From contig JAZRYT010000134.1 of the NCBI GenBank assembly GCA_045600905.1, forward strand, positions 2,930 through 66,929: a stretch of DNA of 64,000 bases. Direction: 5' to 3'. This document shows positions 27,003 through 35,285 of the stretch, piece by piece. A program made the translations under genes and the position numbers. The DNA comes from Bacteroidales bacterium. GTDB taxonomy: Bacteria; Bacteroidota; Bacteroidia; Bacteroidales; WCHB1-69. The notes under the pieces are model-generated. The model had not been told where the DNA came from. It saw only the letters and a program-made list of their open reading frames with translations, and searched no databases. Numbering within the stretch: position 1 is the stretch's first letter; every line of letters begins with the position of its first letter.

Positions 27003-30000
27003 ATGAAAAGATTAGTGACTTTTTTTGCCGTGCTGCTTTTGGTGGTGACGGCGTGGGCGCAAAACCCCAAACTGACATATCAGGCCGTGGTGCGTGACAA
27101 TGCAAATATGCTTTTAACTAATGGCACAGTTGATGTCACAATCAGCGTTTTGCGTACGGACAACTCCCTGCAATATACGCAGTCGTTTGACAATGTCCCA
27201 ACCAACCAAAACGGCTTGTTTACCCTCTTTTTCGGCGGTGAGAGCGGCTGGGACAATGTGAATTGGATCCATTCCAAAATCGCGGTGGCCATTACCCTGC
27301 CGGACCACTCCGTGGTAAAAGACACCACGGACGTGAACGCCGTGCCGCTCGCTATCAGTACGATAAATTCTGGGACGGCGGGTCCGTCAACGCAGGTGCA
27401 AAGCGATTGGGCCCAGACCGACCAGTACGATCCCTCTTTTATCCAAAACAAACCTGACATTGGAGAATCTCTGAATACTGTCCTTGTTAACGGACAATAT
27501 GTGACTATTACGATGATGGATGGCCGACACTACCTGACCTCCGATAGCGCCGTGATTGTAAATATGCGGAACAATATCAGCAACAATACGACCAATATTG
27601 CGGCGAATACGACAAATATTAGCAACAATACGGCGAATATTGAGACAAATATTGCCAATATCGCGACTAATACAACGAATATTGCAGCGAACACTACCAA
27701 TATCGAGACAAACACAACGAATATCAGCAACAATACTACCAATATTAGCAACAATACGGCGAATATTGAGACAAATACGACCAATATCAGCAGCAACACC
27801 GCCCATATTGCGACCAATACGACCAATATTAACAATCTGATACTGCATACCCAAAAGGTCGCCATTCGCGACAGTGTGGCAGGCCAGATTCACGACAGTA
27901 TCGCCGCCATTGGCGCAACGATTACTCAAAACCACACCCACACCAATATGTCCGTGCTGAGTGCGACCACGGCTCCTTTCACCACGGCCAACAAGGCGAC
28001 CTTGGACAGCCTCGCCGCCGCCGGCGCCGAACAAAACGTACAGGCCGATTGGAATGAGACCAATGCTGCCAATGATGCCTTTATCCGTAACAAACCGGTT
28101 ATAACGGACACGGTGAACAACATCCTTACCAGCCGTCACTACCTGACCTCCGACAGCGCTGTGATCGTAAATATGCAAGGTTCCATCAGCAACAATACGA
28201 CCCTTATCAGCAACAATACAACCAATATCAGCAACAATACGACGAATATTAGCAATAACACGACGAATATCGCGGCCAATACAACGAACATTGCAACAAA
28301 CACGACTAATATCAGCAACAACACTACCAATATTGCGGCAAATACGACGAATATTAGCAACAACACGACAAAAATCAACAACAATACGGCGAATATTGCA
28401 ACCAATACGACCAATATTAGTAACAACACTACCAATATTGCAGCGAATACGACGAATATTAACAATCTGATACTGCATACCAAGAAGGCTGCCATTCGCG
28501 ACAGTGTGGCTGGTCAGATTCACGACAGTATTGCCGCCAACAACTTGGTGACAATAAATAACAACCAGACCATTTCCGGTGATAAGACCTTTACTGGCAC
28601 GAATGACTTCACCCGGGGCACTACCACTGTTGCCTCCGGTTTCACCATAGGCACCACCACGATTGCCAATTGCAATAACGTGGCGGTGAATGCCTGCGAC
28701 CTCTTGGCGGTTTTTGACAGCATCCAGCGCAGAATGGACAATATGGAGGCGGTTATTGCGGACTTGCAAGACGAGGTGTCCAATCTTCGTGATTCTTTGA
28801 GAATTTTGCGTGGTGATAGCATTCCTAAACTTCCCACAGTCTCCACGTCATCCGTGACCGGCATTACGGAGACGACCGCCACCTGCGGCGGCAACGTGAC
28901 GGCCGACGGCGGTGCGGATGTCACCGCGCGCGGCGTGTGCTGGAGCACGAACGCGAACCCGACCATAAGCGGCAGCCATTCCACGGACGGCACAGGCACG
29001 GGCAGCTTCACCTCCTCCATCACGGGCCTGACCGCCAACACCACCTACCACGTGCGCGCCTACGCCACCAACAGCGAGGGCACGGCGTACGGCGATGAGC
29101 TGAGCTTCACGACGCAGAACACCACGCCCGTCACCCCGGTTGACGGCCAACCCTGCCCGGGAGCGGCAACGGTGAAGGATTATGACAACAACACCTACAA
29201 TACGGTGCAGATAGGCAACCAGTGCTGGATGAAGCAGAACTTGAAGACCACGCACTACAGCGATGGCACCAGTATTTCGTTGGGCAGCAGCACGAGCGAA
29301 ACTACGGCCTATCGCTATAACCCCGACGGCAACAGCAGCAACGTAAGCACATACGGATATCTGTACAACTGGAAGGCGGTGATGCGCAACTCCTCCTCCA
29401 GCAGCAACAACCCGAGCGGGGTGCAGGGCATCTGCCCCACGGGCTGGCACGTTCCCTCTGATGCGGAGTGGACGCAGCTGACGACGTATGTTAAGTCACA
29501 GCAGGAATACGTTTGCGAAGGTTGTTCTGGAACAGATGACGGGTCGTACACCCATTGCATAGCCAAGGCCTTGGCCTCCACCACGGGCTGGAGAAGCAAT
29601 ACCTCTTCAGGTTGTAATGCGGGCAATACGGGCGATAAATCTAACGCCACGGGCTTTTCGGCCGTTCCCGCTGGCTTCTACTTCGGCAGCTACTCCACTT
29701 TCGGCGACAACGCCTCCTTCTGGAGTTCTTCCCAGTACGATAGCGACGGCGCGTGCTACTGGTACCTGAACTACGTCAACACCGGCGTGAAACGCGCCAA
29801 CAGCGGTAAGGACCACGGCTTTTCGGTCCGTTGCCTCAGGGACGAGGCCGGCGGCTCTACAGCGTCCCTTCCCACAGTCTCCACGTCATCCGTGACCGGC
29901 ATTACGGAGACGACCGCCACCTGCGGTGGCAACGTGACGGCCGACGGCGGTGCGGATGTCACCGCGCGCGGCGTGTGCTGGAGCACAAACGCGAACCCGA

Positions 30001-32183
30001 CCATAAGCGGCAGCCATTCCACGGACGGCACAGGCACGGGCAGCTTCACCTCCTCCATCACGGGCCTGACCGCCAACACCACCTACCACGTGCGCGCCTA
30101 CGCCACCAACAGCGAGGGCACGGCCTACGGCGAGGAGGTGAGCTTCACGAGCAAGAAAAGTTCGTATAGCGACTGTGGCCCATTGCCTTGTCCGGCACCG
30201 GCCACCTCAATGATTGTTGATACAGTGTATCAATTTGATTCAATTCTCTATAATGGCCTACACTTTGAGTACGATAGTGATGGTCATATAATCGGCGCAT
30301 CACAATACAAAGGTACCGAACTCGCGATAAAATGTGGCTGGATCTATAAATTCAATGTCGTTGCTGGCGGCATATATGAATGGAATACGGATGTGAGCCA
30401 CGGGCGAGTTTCCACCATTGGTGATGTGCTGAGAACAAGAATCACACTATTTTATGATGATTTTCAAACATACGCCACAGCATCACAATCGGCGGTTAAT
30501 ACAGAAGTGGATGGCTGCAAGGCGGCCGGCTTAGCTTGGAAAGCCAATTATACGGGTACCGTAGGTGTGATGGTGACCAGAGGAGATCAGGGGATTGGCT
30601 CGGATGACGATTTTTGTGCCTGCAATGAAGACTCTCTATATTTGAGATTTGACAAGCTGAAAGAACCTAATACTACGAGCTTTTTTGTCTGGGGCCGTTA
30701 TGGAACTTCCGATACTTTGCCTTGCGACAATGCAATCCACTATATCTATGACTCCGGATTAAATTCAATGCAATCAAATGCTACAGGAGACTATTCCAAT
30801 AATGAAAATGGTTATTTGGTTTTGTATCCCGGCGATGTGCGTTCAAAATTGAAATTGTGGGGCGCTTGTAAAATGCAAGTGGGGGACACGCTATTTATTT
30901 ACAATGGAGACATATCCTCCAATCCAAACATTCTGCCCTTTAGCACTATAACGGGTCAAGATGACGCTTTAGGTAGTGAAGCAAATCCGATTTTCATATC
31001 TCAAATTGCTGGACAACCGATATCTTTACGTATGCAGTCAGACTCTTCTTGTACACTTGCTGGTTTGACTTTGAAAGCCAAATGCTGTCTGGTTGTCGAA
31101 TTGCCCACAGTCTCCACGTCATCCGTGACCGGCATTACGGAGACGACCGCCACCTGCGGCGGCAACGTGACGGCCGACGGCGGCGCGGGTGTCACCGCGC
31201 GCGGCGTGTGCTGGAGCACGGATGCGAACCCGACCATAGGCGGCAGCCACACCACGGACGGCACTGGCACGGGCAGCTTCACCTCCACCATCACGGGCCT
31301 GACCGCCGGCACCACCTACCACGTGCGCGCCTACGCCACCAACAGCGAGGGCACGGCGTACGGCGAAGATGTGAGCTTTACGACGCAGAACACCACGCCC
31401 GTCACCCCGGTTGATGGCCAACCCTGCCTAGGTGCGTCCACGGTTACCGACCACCAGGGCAACGTGTACAACACGGTGCAGATTGGTAGCCAGTGCTGGA
31501 CGAAGGAGAATATGCGCTGCACCACCTCCCCGAGCACGAGAACAACCATTCTGGAGGCCACTCCGAGCAGTTTTTCCTACACGGGCAAGAAGGCTTACTA
31601 CGTGGACGGCAGTTCCTCCAATACTTCCACCTACGGTTTGCTGTACAACTGGAATGCGGCGGTGGACACTTTCAACACCTCATACGAAGAAACATCTACG
31701 AATACTTCCTCCGACTATGCGGTTAATGTCACCTTCAGTGGCAAGCGCCGGGGCATCTGTCCCACGGGCTGGCACGTGCCGAGCGATGCGGAGTGGACGC
31801 AGCTGACGACGTATGTTAAGTCACAGCCGGAATACGTTTGCGAAGGTTGTTCTGTAACGGATGATGTTTATTACACCTATTGCATTGCCAAGGCCTTGGC
31901 CTCCGTTACGGGTTGGAGCAGTTATCCGGGAATATCCTCTGATAGGGATTGTTATCCCGGCTATTCCCCGTCCCTCAACAACGCCACGGGCTTTTCGGCC
32001 GTTCCCGCTGGCGGCTACGGCGGCAGATACTACGATTTCGGTGTCGGCGCCGACTTCTGGAGTTCTACCCAGGTCGATAGCGGCGGCGCGTACTCCCGGT
32101 GCCTGCGCTATTACAGTACCTACGTGTACCGCAACAGCGGCACTAAGTACAACGGCTTTTCGGTCCGTTGCCTCAGGGACTAA
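27003..32183 (+). CDS. 1,726-aa multi-domain surface protein. Signal peptide, two IxxNTxx heptad (predicted trimeric coiled-coil) stalks, three Fn3/Ig-like modules, two FISUMP domains and one unique PPC/CUB-like insert.
   Basis: ATG at 27003 (track start 26949 is TTG) gives MKRLVTFFAVLLLVVTAWAQ. There are 13 and 14 heptads of N-I-[SA]-[NAT]-N-T-T. LPTVSTSSVTGITETTATCGGNVTADGGADVTARGVCWS...TTYHVRAYATNSEGTAYG occurs three times. FISUMP hallmarks occur twice (CWMKQNL/CWTKENM, YGYLYNW/YGLLYNW, GICPTGWHVPSDAEW, GFSVRCLRD). Confidence 0.8.
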   Translation: MKRLVTFFAVLLLVVTAWAQNPKLTYQAVVRDNANMLLTNGTVDVTISVLRTDNSLQYTQSFDNVPTNQNGLFTLFFGGESGWDNVNWIHSKIAVAITLPDHSVVKDTTDVNAVPLAISTINSGTAGPSTQVQSDWAQTDQYDPSFIQNKPDIGESLNTVLVNGQYVTITMMDGRHYLTSDSAVIVNMRNNISNNTTNIAANTTNISNNTANIETNIANIATNTTNIAANTTNIETNTTNISNNTTNISNNTANIETNTTNISSNTAHIATNTTNINNLILHTQKVAIRDSVAGQIHDSIAAIGATITQNHTHTNMSVLSATTAPFTTANKATLDSLAAAGAEQNVQADWNETNAANDAFIRNKPVITDTVNNILTSRHYLTSDSAVIVNMQGSISNNTTLISNNTTNISNNTTNISNNTTNIAANTTNIATNTTNISNNTTNIAANTTNISNNTTKINNNTANIATNTTNISNNTTNIAANTTNINNLILHTKKAAIRDSVAGQIHDSIAANNLVTINNNQTISGDKTFTGTNDFTRGTTTVASGFTIGTTTIANCNNVAVNACDLLAVFDSIQRRMDNMEAVIADLQDEVSNLRDSLRILRGDSIPKLPTVSTSSVTGITETTATCGGNVTADGGADVTARGVCWSTNANPTISGSHSTDGTGTGSFTSSITGLTANTTYHVRAYATNSEGTAYGDELSFTTQNTTPVTPVDGQPCPGAATVKDYDNNTYNTVQIGNQCWMKQNLKTTHYSDGTSISLGSSTSETTAYRYNPDGNSSNVSTYGYLYNWKAVMRNSSSSSNNPSGVQGICPTGWHVPSDAEWTQLTTYVKSQQEYVCEGCSGTDDGSYTHCIAKALASTTGWRSNTSSGCNAGNTGDKSNATGFSAVPAGFYFGSYSTFGDNASFWSSSQYDSDGACYWYLNYVNTGVKRANSGKDHGFSVRCLRDEAGGSTASLPTVSTSSVTGITETTATCGGNVTADGGADVTARGVCWSTNANPTISGSHSTDGTGTGSFTSSITGLTANTTYHVRAYATNSEGTAYGEEVSFTSKKSSYSDCGPLPCPAPATSMIVDTVYQFDSILYNGLHFEYDSDGHIIGASQYKGTELAIKCGWIYKFNVVAGGIYEWNTDVSHGRVSTIGDVLRTRITLFYDDFQTYATASQSAVNTEVDGCKAAGLAWKANYTGTVGVMVTRGDQGIGSDDDFCACNEDSLYLRFDKLKEPNTTSFFVWGRYGTSDTLPCDNAIHYIYDSGLNSMQSNATGDYSNNENGYLVLYPGDVRSKLKLWGACKMQVGDTLFIYNGDISSNPNILPFSTITGQDDALGSEANPIFISQIAGQPISLRMQSDSSCTLAGLTLKAKCCLVVELPTVSTSSVTGITETTATCGGNVTADGGAGVTARGVCWSTDANPTIGGSHTTDGTGTGSFTSTITGLTAGTTYHVRAYATNSEGTAYGEDVSFTTQNTTPVTPVDGQPCLGASTVTDHQGNVYNTVQIGSQCWTKENMRCTTSPSTRTTILEATPSSFSYTGKKAYYVDGSSSNTSTYGLLYNWNAAVDTFNTSYEETSTNTSSDYAVNVTFSGKRRGICPTGWHVPSDAEWTQLTTYVKSQPEYVCEGCSVTDDVYYTYCIAKALASVTGWSSYPGISSDRDCYPGYSPSLNNATGFSAVPAGGYGGRYYDFGVGADFWSSTQVDSGGAYSRCLRYYSTYVYRNSGTKYNGFSVRCLRD
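27561..27846 (+). repeat. 21-nt (heptad-encoding) tandem repeat block 1, 13 units
   Basis: NISNNTT NIAANTT NISNNTA NIETNIA NIATNTT NIAANTT NIETNTT NISNNTT NISNNTA NIETNTT NISSNTA HIATNTT NINNLIL. Confidence 0.9.
28169..28476 (+). repeat. 21-nt (heptad-encoding) tandem repeat block 2, 14 units
   Basis: SISNNTT LISNNTT NISNNTT x2 NIAANTT NIATNTT NISNNTT NIAANTT NISNNTT KINNNTA NIATNTT NISNNTT NIAANTT NINNLIL. The flanks are duplicated too (F-I-x-N-K-P...HYLTSDSAVIVNM before, LHT-x-K-x-AIRDSVAGQIHDSIAA after). Confidence 0.9.
28830..29095 (+). repeat. Near-identical ~265-nt GC-rich module (Fn3/Ig-like), copy 1 of 3
   Basis: cttcccacagtctccacgtcatccgtgaccggcattacggagacgaccgccacctgcggcggcaacgtgacggccgacggcgg... 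is almost base-for-base identical to copies at 29868 and 31101. Confidence 0.9.
29868..30133 (+). repeat. Near-identical ~265-nt GC-rich module, copy 2 of 3
   Basis: Same sequence as 28830-29095 with a handful of substitutions. Confidence 0.9.
31101..31366 (+). repeat. Near-identical ~265-nt GC-rich module, copy 3 of 3
   Basis: Same sequence family. It is slightly more diverged (GAGVTARGVCWSTDANPTIGGSHTTDG...TAGTTYHV). Confidence 0.9.
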
Positions 32184-32218
32184 AACAATGAACAATTTAC
32201 AATTAACAATTTACAATT
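32184..32218 (+). repeat. Period-7 tandem array (AACAATT/TACAATT), 5 units
   Basis: aacaatg aacaatt tacaatt aacaatt tacaatt starts on the base after the TAA stop. It is the same unit family as 26921-26992. Confidence 0.8.
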
Positions 32219-32228
32219 GGGGAATTTC

Positions 32229-32288
32229 CGTACAACAAACAAGAAAAGCCCACGATATATTCGTGAGCATCCTTGTTTGTTTGTATCG
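32229..32288 (-). repeat. Conserved extended-hairpin element, copy 2 (terminator-like on the - strand, downstream of the HEPN gene)
   Basis: cgtacaacaaacaagaaaaGCCCACGAtatatTCGTGAGCatccttgtttgtttgtatcg. On the minus strand the inner stem has a G-U pair and is followed by a T-rich run. It is the inverted copy of 25590-25656. Confidence 0.7.
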
Positions 32289-32307
32289 TTTAGAAATTTG
32301 CCGGATT

Positions 32308-32745
32308 TCAGCCTTCCGTTTCTGTCGTCCCTATTGGGATAAAGCCCTTCTCTTGAAGATATTGGCCGATTTTATTCAAAAGATTTTGCGCCGGTTCAAT
32401 TCGCGGCAGGATGTCTTCTTCTGTTACTTGGATGAAGCAGTTGTAGTCTCCATTCTCTCTCAAAGTCTGGAGTTGCGAGTAAAAACGTCCTTCCTCTGTG
32501 GTGAACAGTCCGGTTTGTACGAAATGCTTGCCCAAAAGGGTTACGGTCCCTTGATGGGTGGATGCTGACAACTTGTTGCTTACAAGTAAGGCGGTGACAG
32601 CGTGGTACAGCGCATAATACAAACGATTCGCGGCAGCTTCCCATAATCGCACATCAATGATGGTTCGAGCTTCTTCCATAAAGCGCACGGCCTTTTCGTA
32701 TTGGTATTGTACGATGGTTTGTCTTTCAGTATCTGTGAGGCTCAT
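32308..32745 (-). CDS. HEPN domain protein
   Basis: 145 aa, all-helical pattern. ...AAANRLYYALYHAVTALL...FYSQLQTLRENGDY is the classical HEPN (PF05168-like) pattern. The start overlaps the stop of the upstream NT gene by 4 nt. Confidence 0.7.
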   Translation of the reverse strand: MSLTDTERQTIVQYQYEKAVRFMEEARTIIDVRLWEAAANRLYYALYHAVTALLVSNKLSASTHQGTVTLLGKHFVQTGLFTTEEGRFYSQLQTLRENGDYNCFIQVTEEDILPRIEPAQNLLNKIGQYLQEKGFIPIGTTETEG

Positions 32746-33065
32746 AATAGTACAATTTTGTCTTGTTCGACATTTTTATAAAATGGTGTGAACGAATATT
32801 TTTCCCAGTCGGAAAGCGTATATAAAATAGGGCTGATGGTGGCATCTAAATTCCAACCGAGTTCGCGAAACGGATAACCGCAATTGTCGTGGTCATCGGA
32901 GGTGATCTTTTCCTTATCCAGCAGAATAAGCAAGTCCCAATCGCTATCTTTGTGGTAATCCCCACGTGCTTGGGACCCGTAAAGCCAGACGTGTCCTCCC
33001 TTCGGAATTACTGTCTGGGCTAATTCCTTGATTTTCTGCTTGATCATATCACGTGGGGAATCCAT
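32742..33065 (-). CDS. Minimal nucleotidyltransferase (MNT, NTP_transf_2-like)
   Basis: 107 aa. VWLYGSQARGDYHKDSDWDLLILL matches the G-S-x(n)-D-x-D polymerase-beta-type nucleotidyltransferase motif. Confidence 0.8.
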   Translation of the reverse strand: MDSPRDMIKQKIKELAQTVIPKGGHVWLYGSQARGDYHKDSDWDLLILLDKEKITSDDHDNCGYPFRELGWNLDATISPILYTLSDWEKYSFTPFYKNVEQDKIVLL

Positions 33066-33077
33066 ATTTTTTCTTTG

Positions 33078-35255
33078 TTATAAGTTCTCCATTATATACT
33101 TCGCCAACTTGTTGTATAGGTAGGTTCTGGTGTTGTCGCCCATAATGAAGTGGTTCTTGTTGGGGAAGAAGAACTGGTCGTATTCCACACCGGCTTCGTT
33201 CAGGGCTTTCACCAGCTCCATTGCGTTCTGGAAGTGTACGTTGTCGTCAGCGGTGCCGTGGATGAGCATATATTTGCCTTTAAGTTGTTTGGCGTAGGTG
33301 GTCGGAGAGTTGAGGTCGTAGCCGTCAGGGTTTTCTTGCGGCGTTCTCATAAAACGCTCGGTATAGATGTTGTCGTAGTAGCGCCAGTTGGTGACGGGAG
33401 CCACAGAGATAGCCATCTTGAAGGCACCGTCGCCACGGAACAGGGAGAGTGCGGAAAGATAGCCGCCGAAGCTCCATCCCCAGATGCCTATGCGGTCGGC
33501 ATCCACGTAGGATTGCTTTTTGAGCCAGTTGGCGGTGGCAATCTGGTCGATGGCCTCGTATTTGCCCATCTGTTGGTAGATGACCTTCTTGAACTCGTCG
33601 CCACGGGCTGCCGTGCCTCTGCCATCTACGCAAACTACGATGTAGCCGTGTTGTGCCAACATTTGGTAGAATGCCAAATCCTGTGCTCGGACGTAGGCGT
33701 TCATCACTTCCTGGCTGCCGGGACCGCCGTAGCAATACATCAATACCGGATACTTTTTGCCTGCATCGAAGTTGGAGGGCTTCATCATCCAACCGTTCAG
33801 CTGCGTGCCGTCTTCTGTGGTGAAGCTGATGATTTCGCGTTGCGCAAAGCCGTATTCGTCCATCGTTTTTTGAACATTCTGGTTGTCGTTCAGCACGCGC
33901 AACTCTTTGCCTTTGGCATCGCGAATCGTATATTTGGGCAACGTGTTGAGGTTGGAATACTGGTTTCGGTAGAAGTTGCCGTTCGGGCTGAAGGAAGGTT
34001 CGTTCCAACCATCGCCGCTGCTGAGCATCGTCTTTTTCTTGCCGTCAAAGTTGATGACGTAGAGGTCGCGGTTCAGTACACCGCTCTCGTTGGAAGTGTA
34101 GTAAATCTGCTTTTTGGCTTCGTTTACGTATTGGATGGCGTTGACTTCCCACTTGCCGGAAGTCAGCTGCGTGATACCGCCACCGAGAGTCACTTTGTAG
34201 ATGTGGTTGAAACCGTCACGCTCGGAGGTGACAATCATCGTCTTGCCGTCTTTTAGGAAATAGTAGTTGTCGGTGACATCCAGCCATTTGTCGTTTTTGT
34301 CGGTGTAGATGATGTCCTGCTGTTGGGTCGTAGTATTGTAGCGGATGAAGTCGAGTTGGTTTTGGTGGCGGTTGAGTTTGAGCACGACGGCATCGTTGTT
34401 GGGCAGCCAATAGACGCGCGGGAAATAGCAGTTGGAGTTGTCGCCGAGGTCGATTTGGGTGAGTTGTGCGGTGGCGAGGTCATAGACATATACGTCAACT
34501 AAGGAGTTATCTTCACCGGCCTTCGGGTATTTGTATTTGAAATCGGTGGGGTAGAGTTCGTCGTAAAGGGCGAAGTTGTACTCTTTCACGCGGCTTTCGT
34601 CGAAACGCAGGAAGGCGACTTTTTGGCCGTCCGGTGACCAGGATGCGGCGCGTGACATATCGAGCTCCTCTTCATACACCCAATCGGCATAACCGTTGAG
34701 AATGTTGTTGGGTTTGCCATCGTGGGTGATTTGGGTGATTTTGCCGCTGGCAAGGTCTTGGTAGAAGAGATCGCAGTCGCGGGCGAAGAGCACTTTCTGA
34801 CCGTCTTCGGAAAGCACGGCGAAGTGCAACTTGGTGTTGGTATCTGCCACCAGAGTGAGTTTGCGGTTGGCAATGTCGTAGATGTAATAGTGGGCCAACG
34901 TGGAGCGACGCCAAATGCTTTCTTCGTCAATGGCGAGGATGATTTTTTTCTCGTCGGCGGTGAATTCGTAGCTGCTCACTTTGCGGATGTTGACAGCGCC
35001 GTTGCTGAGGCGGTCGAGGTCGTCGTTAGTGACGAGCATATCGATTTTTTCGCCCGTGGCGAAACTGTAACGCTCGATGCCGCCGCGCTTTACAACGGTG
35101 TAGTAGTCGCTCTTGGGCATAGCCGTGTATCCGGCCACACCGCGCGGGTAGAACTTGTAGTCGTTCCAAATGTCTTCAATAGTGATCTTCTTTGCCTGGC
35201 CGAAAGTGATGAGTGCGAAAGCCAGCAGCAATGTGGAAAGTAAAAGCTTTTTCAT
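33078..35255 (-). CDS. Dipeptidyl-peptidase IV family serine peptidase (S9B)
   Basis: 725 aa. Signal peptide, N-terminal DPP-IV beta-propeller region, nucleophile elbow IGIWGWSFGGYLS, and LIHGTADDNVHFQN plus a C-terminal His region. Confidence 0.85.
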   Translation of the reverse strand: MKKLLLSTLLLAFALITFGQAKKITIEDIWNDYKFYPRGVAGYTAMPKSDYYTVVKRGGIERYSFATGEKIDMLVTNDDLDRLSNGAVNIRKVSSYEFTADEKKIILAIDEESIWRRSTLAHYYIYDIANRKLTLVADTNTKLHFAVLSEDGQKVLFARDCDLFYQDLASGKITQITHDGKPNNILNGYADWVYEEELDMSRAASWSPDGQKVAFLRFDESRVKEYNFALYDELYPTDFKYKYPKAGEDNSLVDVYVYDLATAQLTQIDLGDNSNCYFPRVYWLPNNDAVVLKLNRHQNQLDFIRYNTTTQQQDIIYTDKNDKWLDVTDNYYFLKDGKTMIVTSERDGFNHIYKVTLGGGITQLTSGKWEVNAIQYVNEAKKQIYYTSNESGVLNRDLYVINFDGKKKTMLSSGDGWNEPSFSPNGNFYRNQYSNLNTLPKYTIRDAKGKELRVLNDNQNVQKTMDEYGFAQREIISFTTEDGTQLNGWMMKPSNFDAGKKYPVLMYCYGGPGSQEVMNAYVRAQDLAFYQMLAQHGYIVVCVDGRGTAARGDEFKKVIYQQMGKYEAIDQIATANWLKKQSYVDADRIGIWGWSFGGYLSALSLFRGDGAFKMAISVAPVTNWRYYDNIYTERFMRTPQENPDGYDLNSPTTYAKQLKGKYMLIHGTADDNVHFQNAMELVKALNEAGVEYDQFFFPNKNHFIMGDNTRTYLYNKLAKYIMENL

Positions 35256-35285
35256 ATATAAGTGTTGTTAATTTTTTCGAGGGTG

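Noticed and set aside
25590-32288. Invertible (shufflon or phase-variable) 6.6-kb DNA segment defined by the inverted hairpin elements
   Set aside because: No tyrosine or serine recombinase lies nearby. Inversion would separate both FISUMP genes from the only candidate promoter without providing another. The elements are themselves palindromic, so terminator or REP-like roles are simpler.
23691-33065. Integrated mobile element or prophage carrying the FISUMP genes
   Set aside because: There is no integrase, transposase, tRNA target, direct repeats or phage structural genes. Only compositional mosaicism and the flanking hairpins are present.
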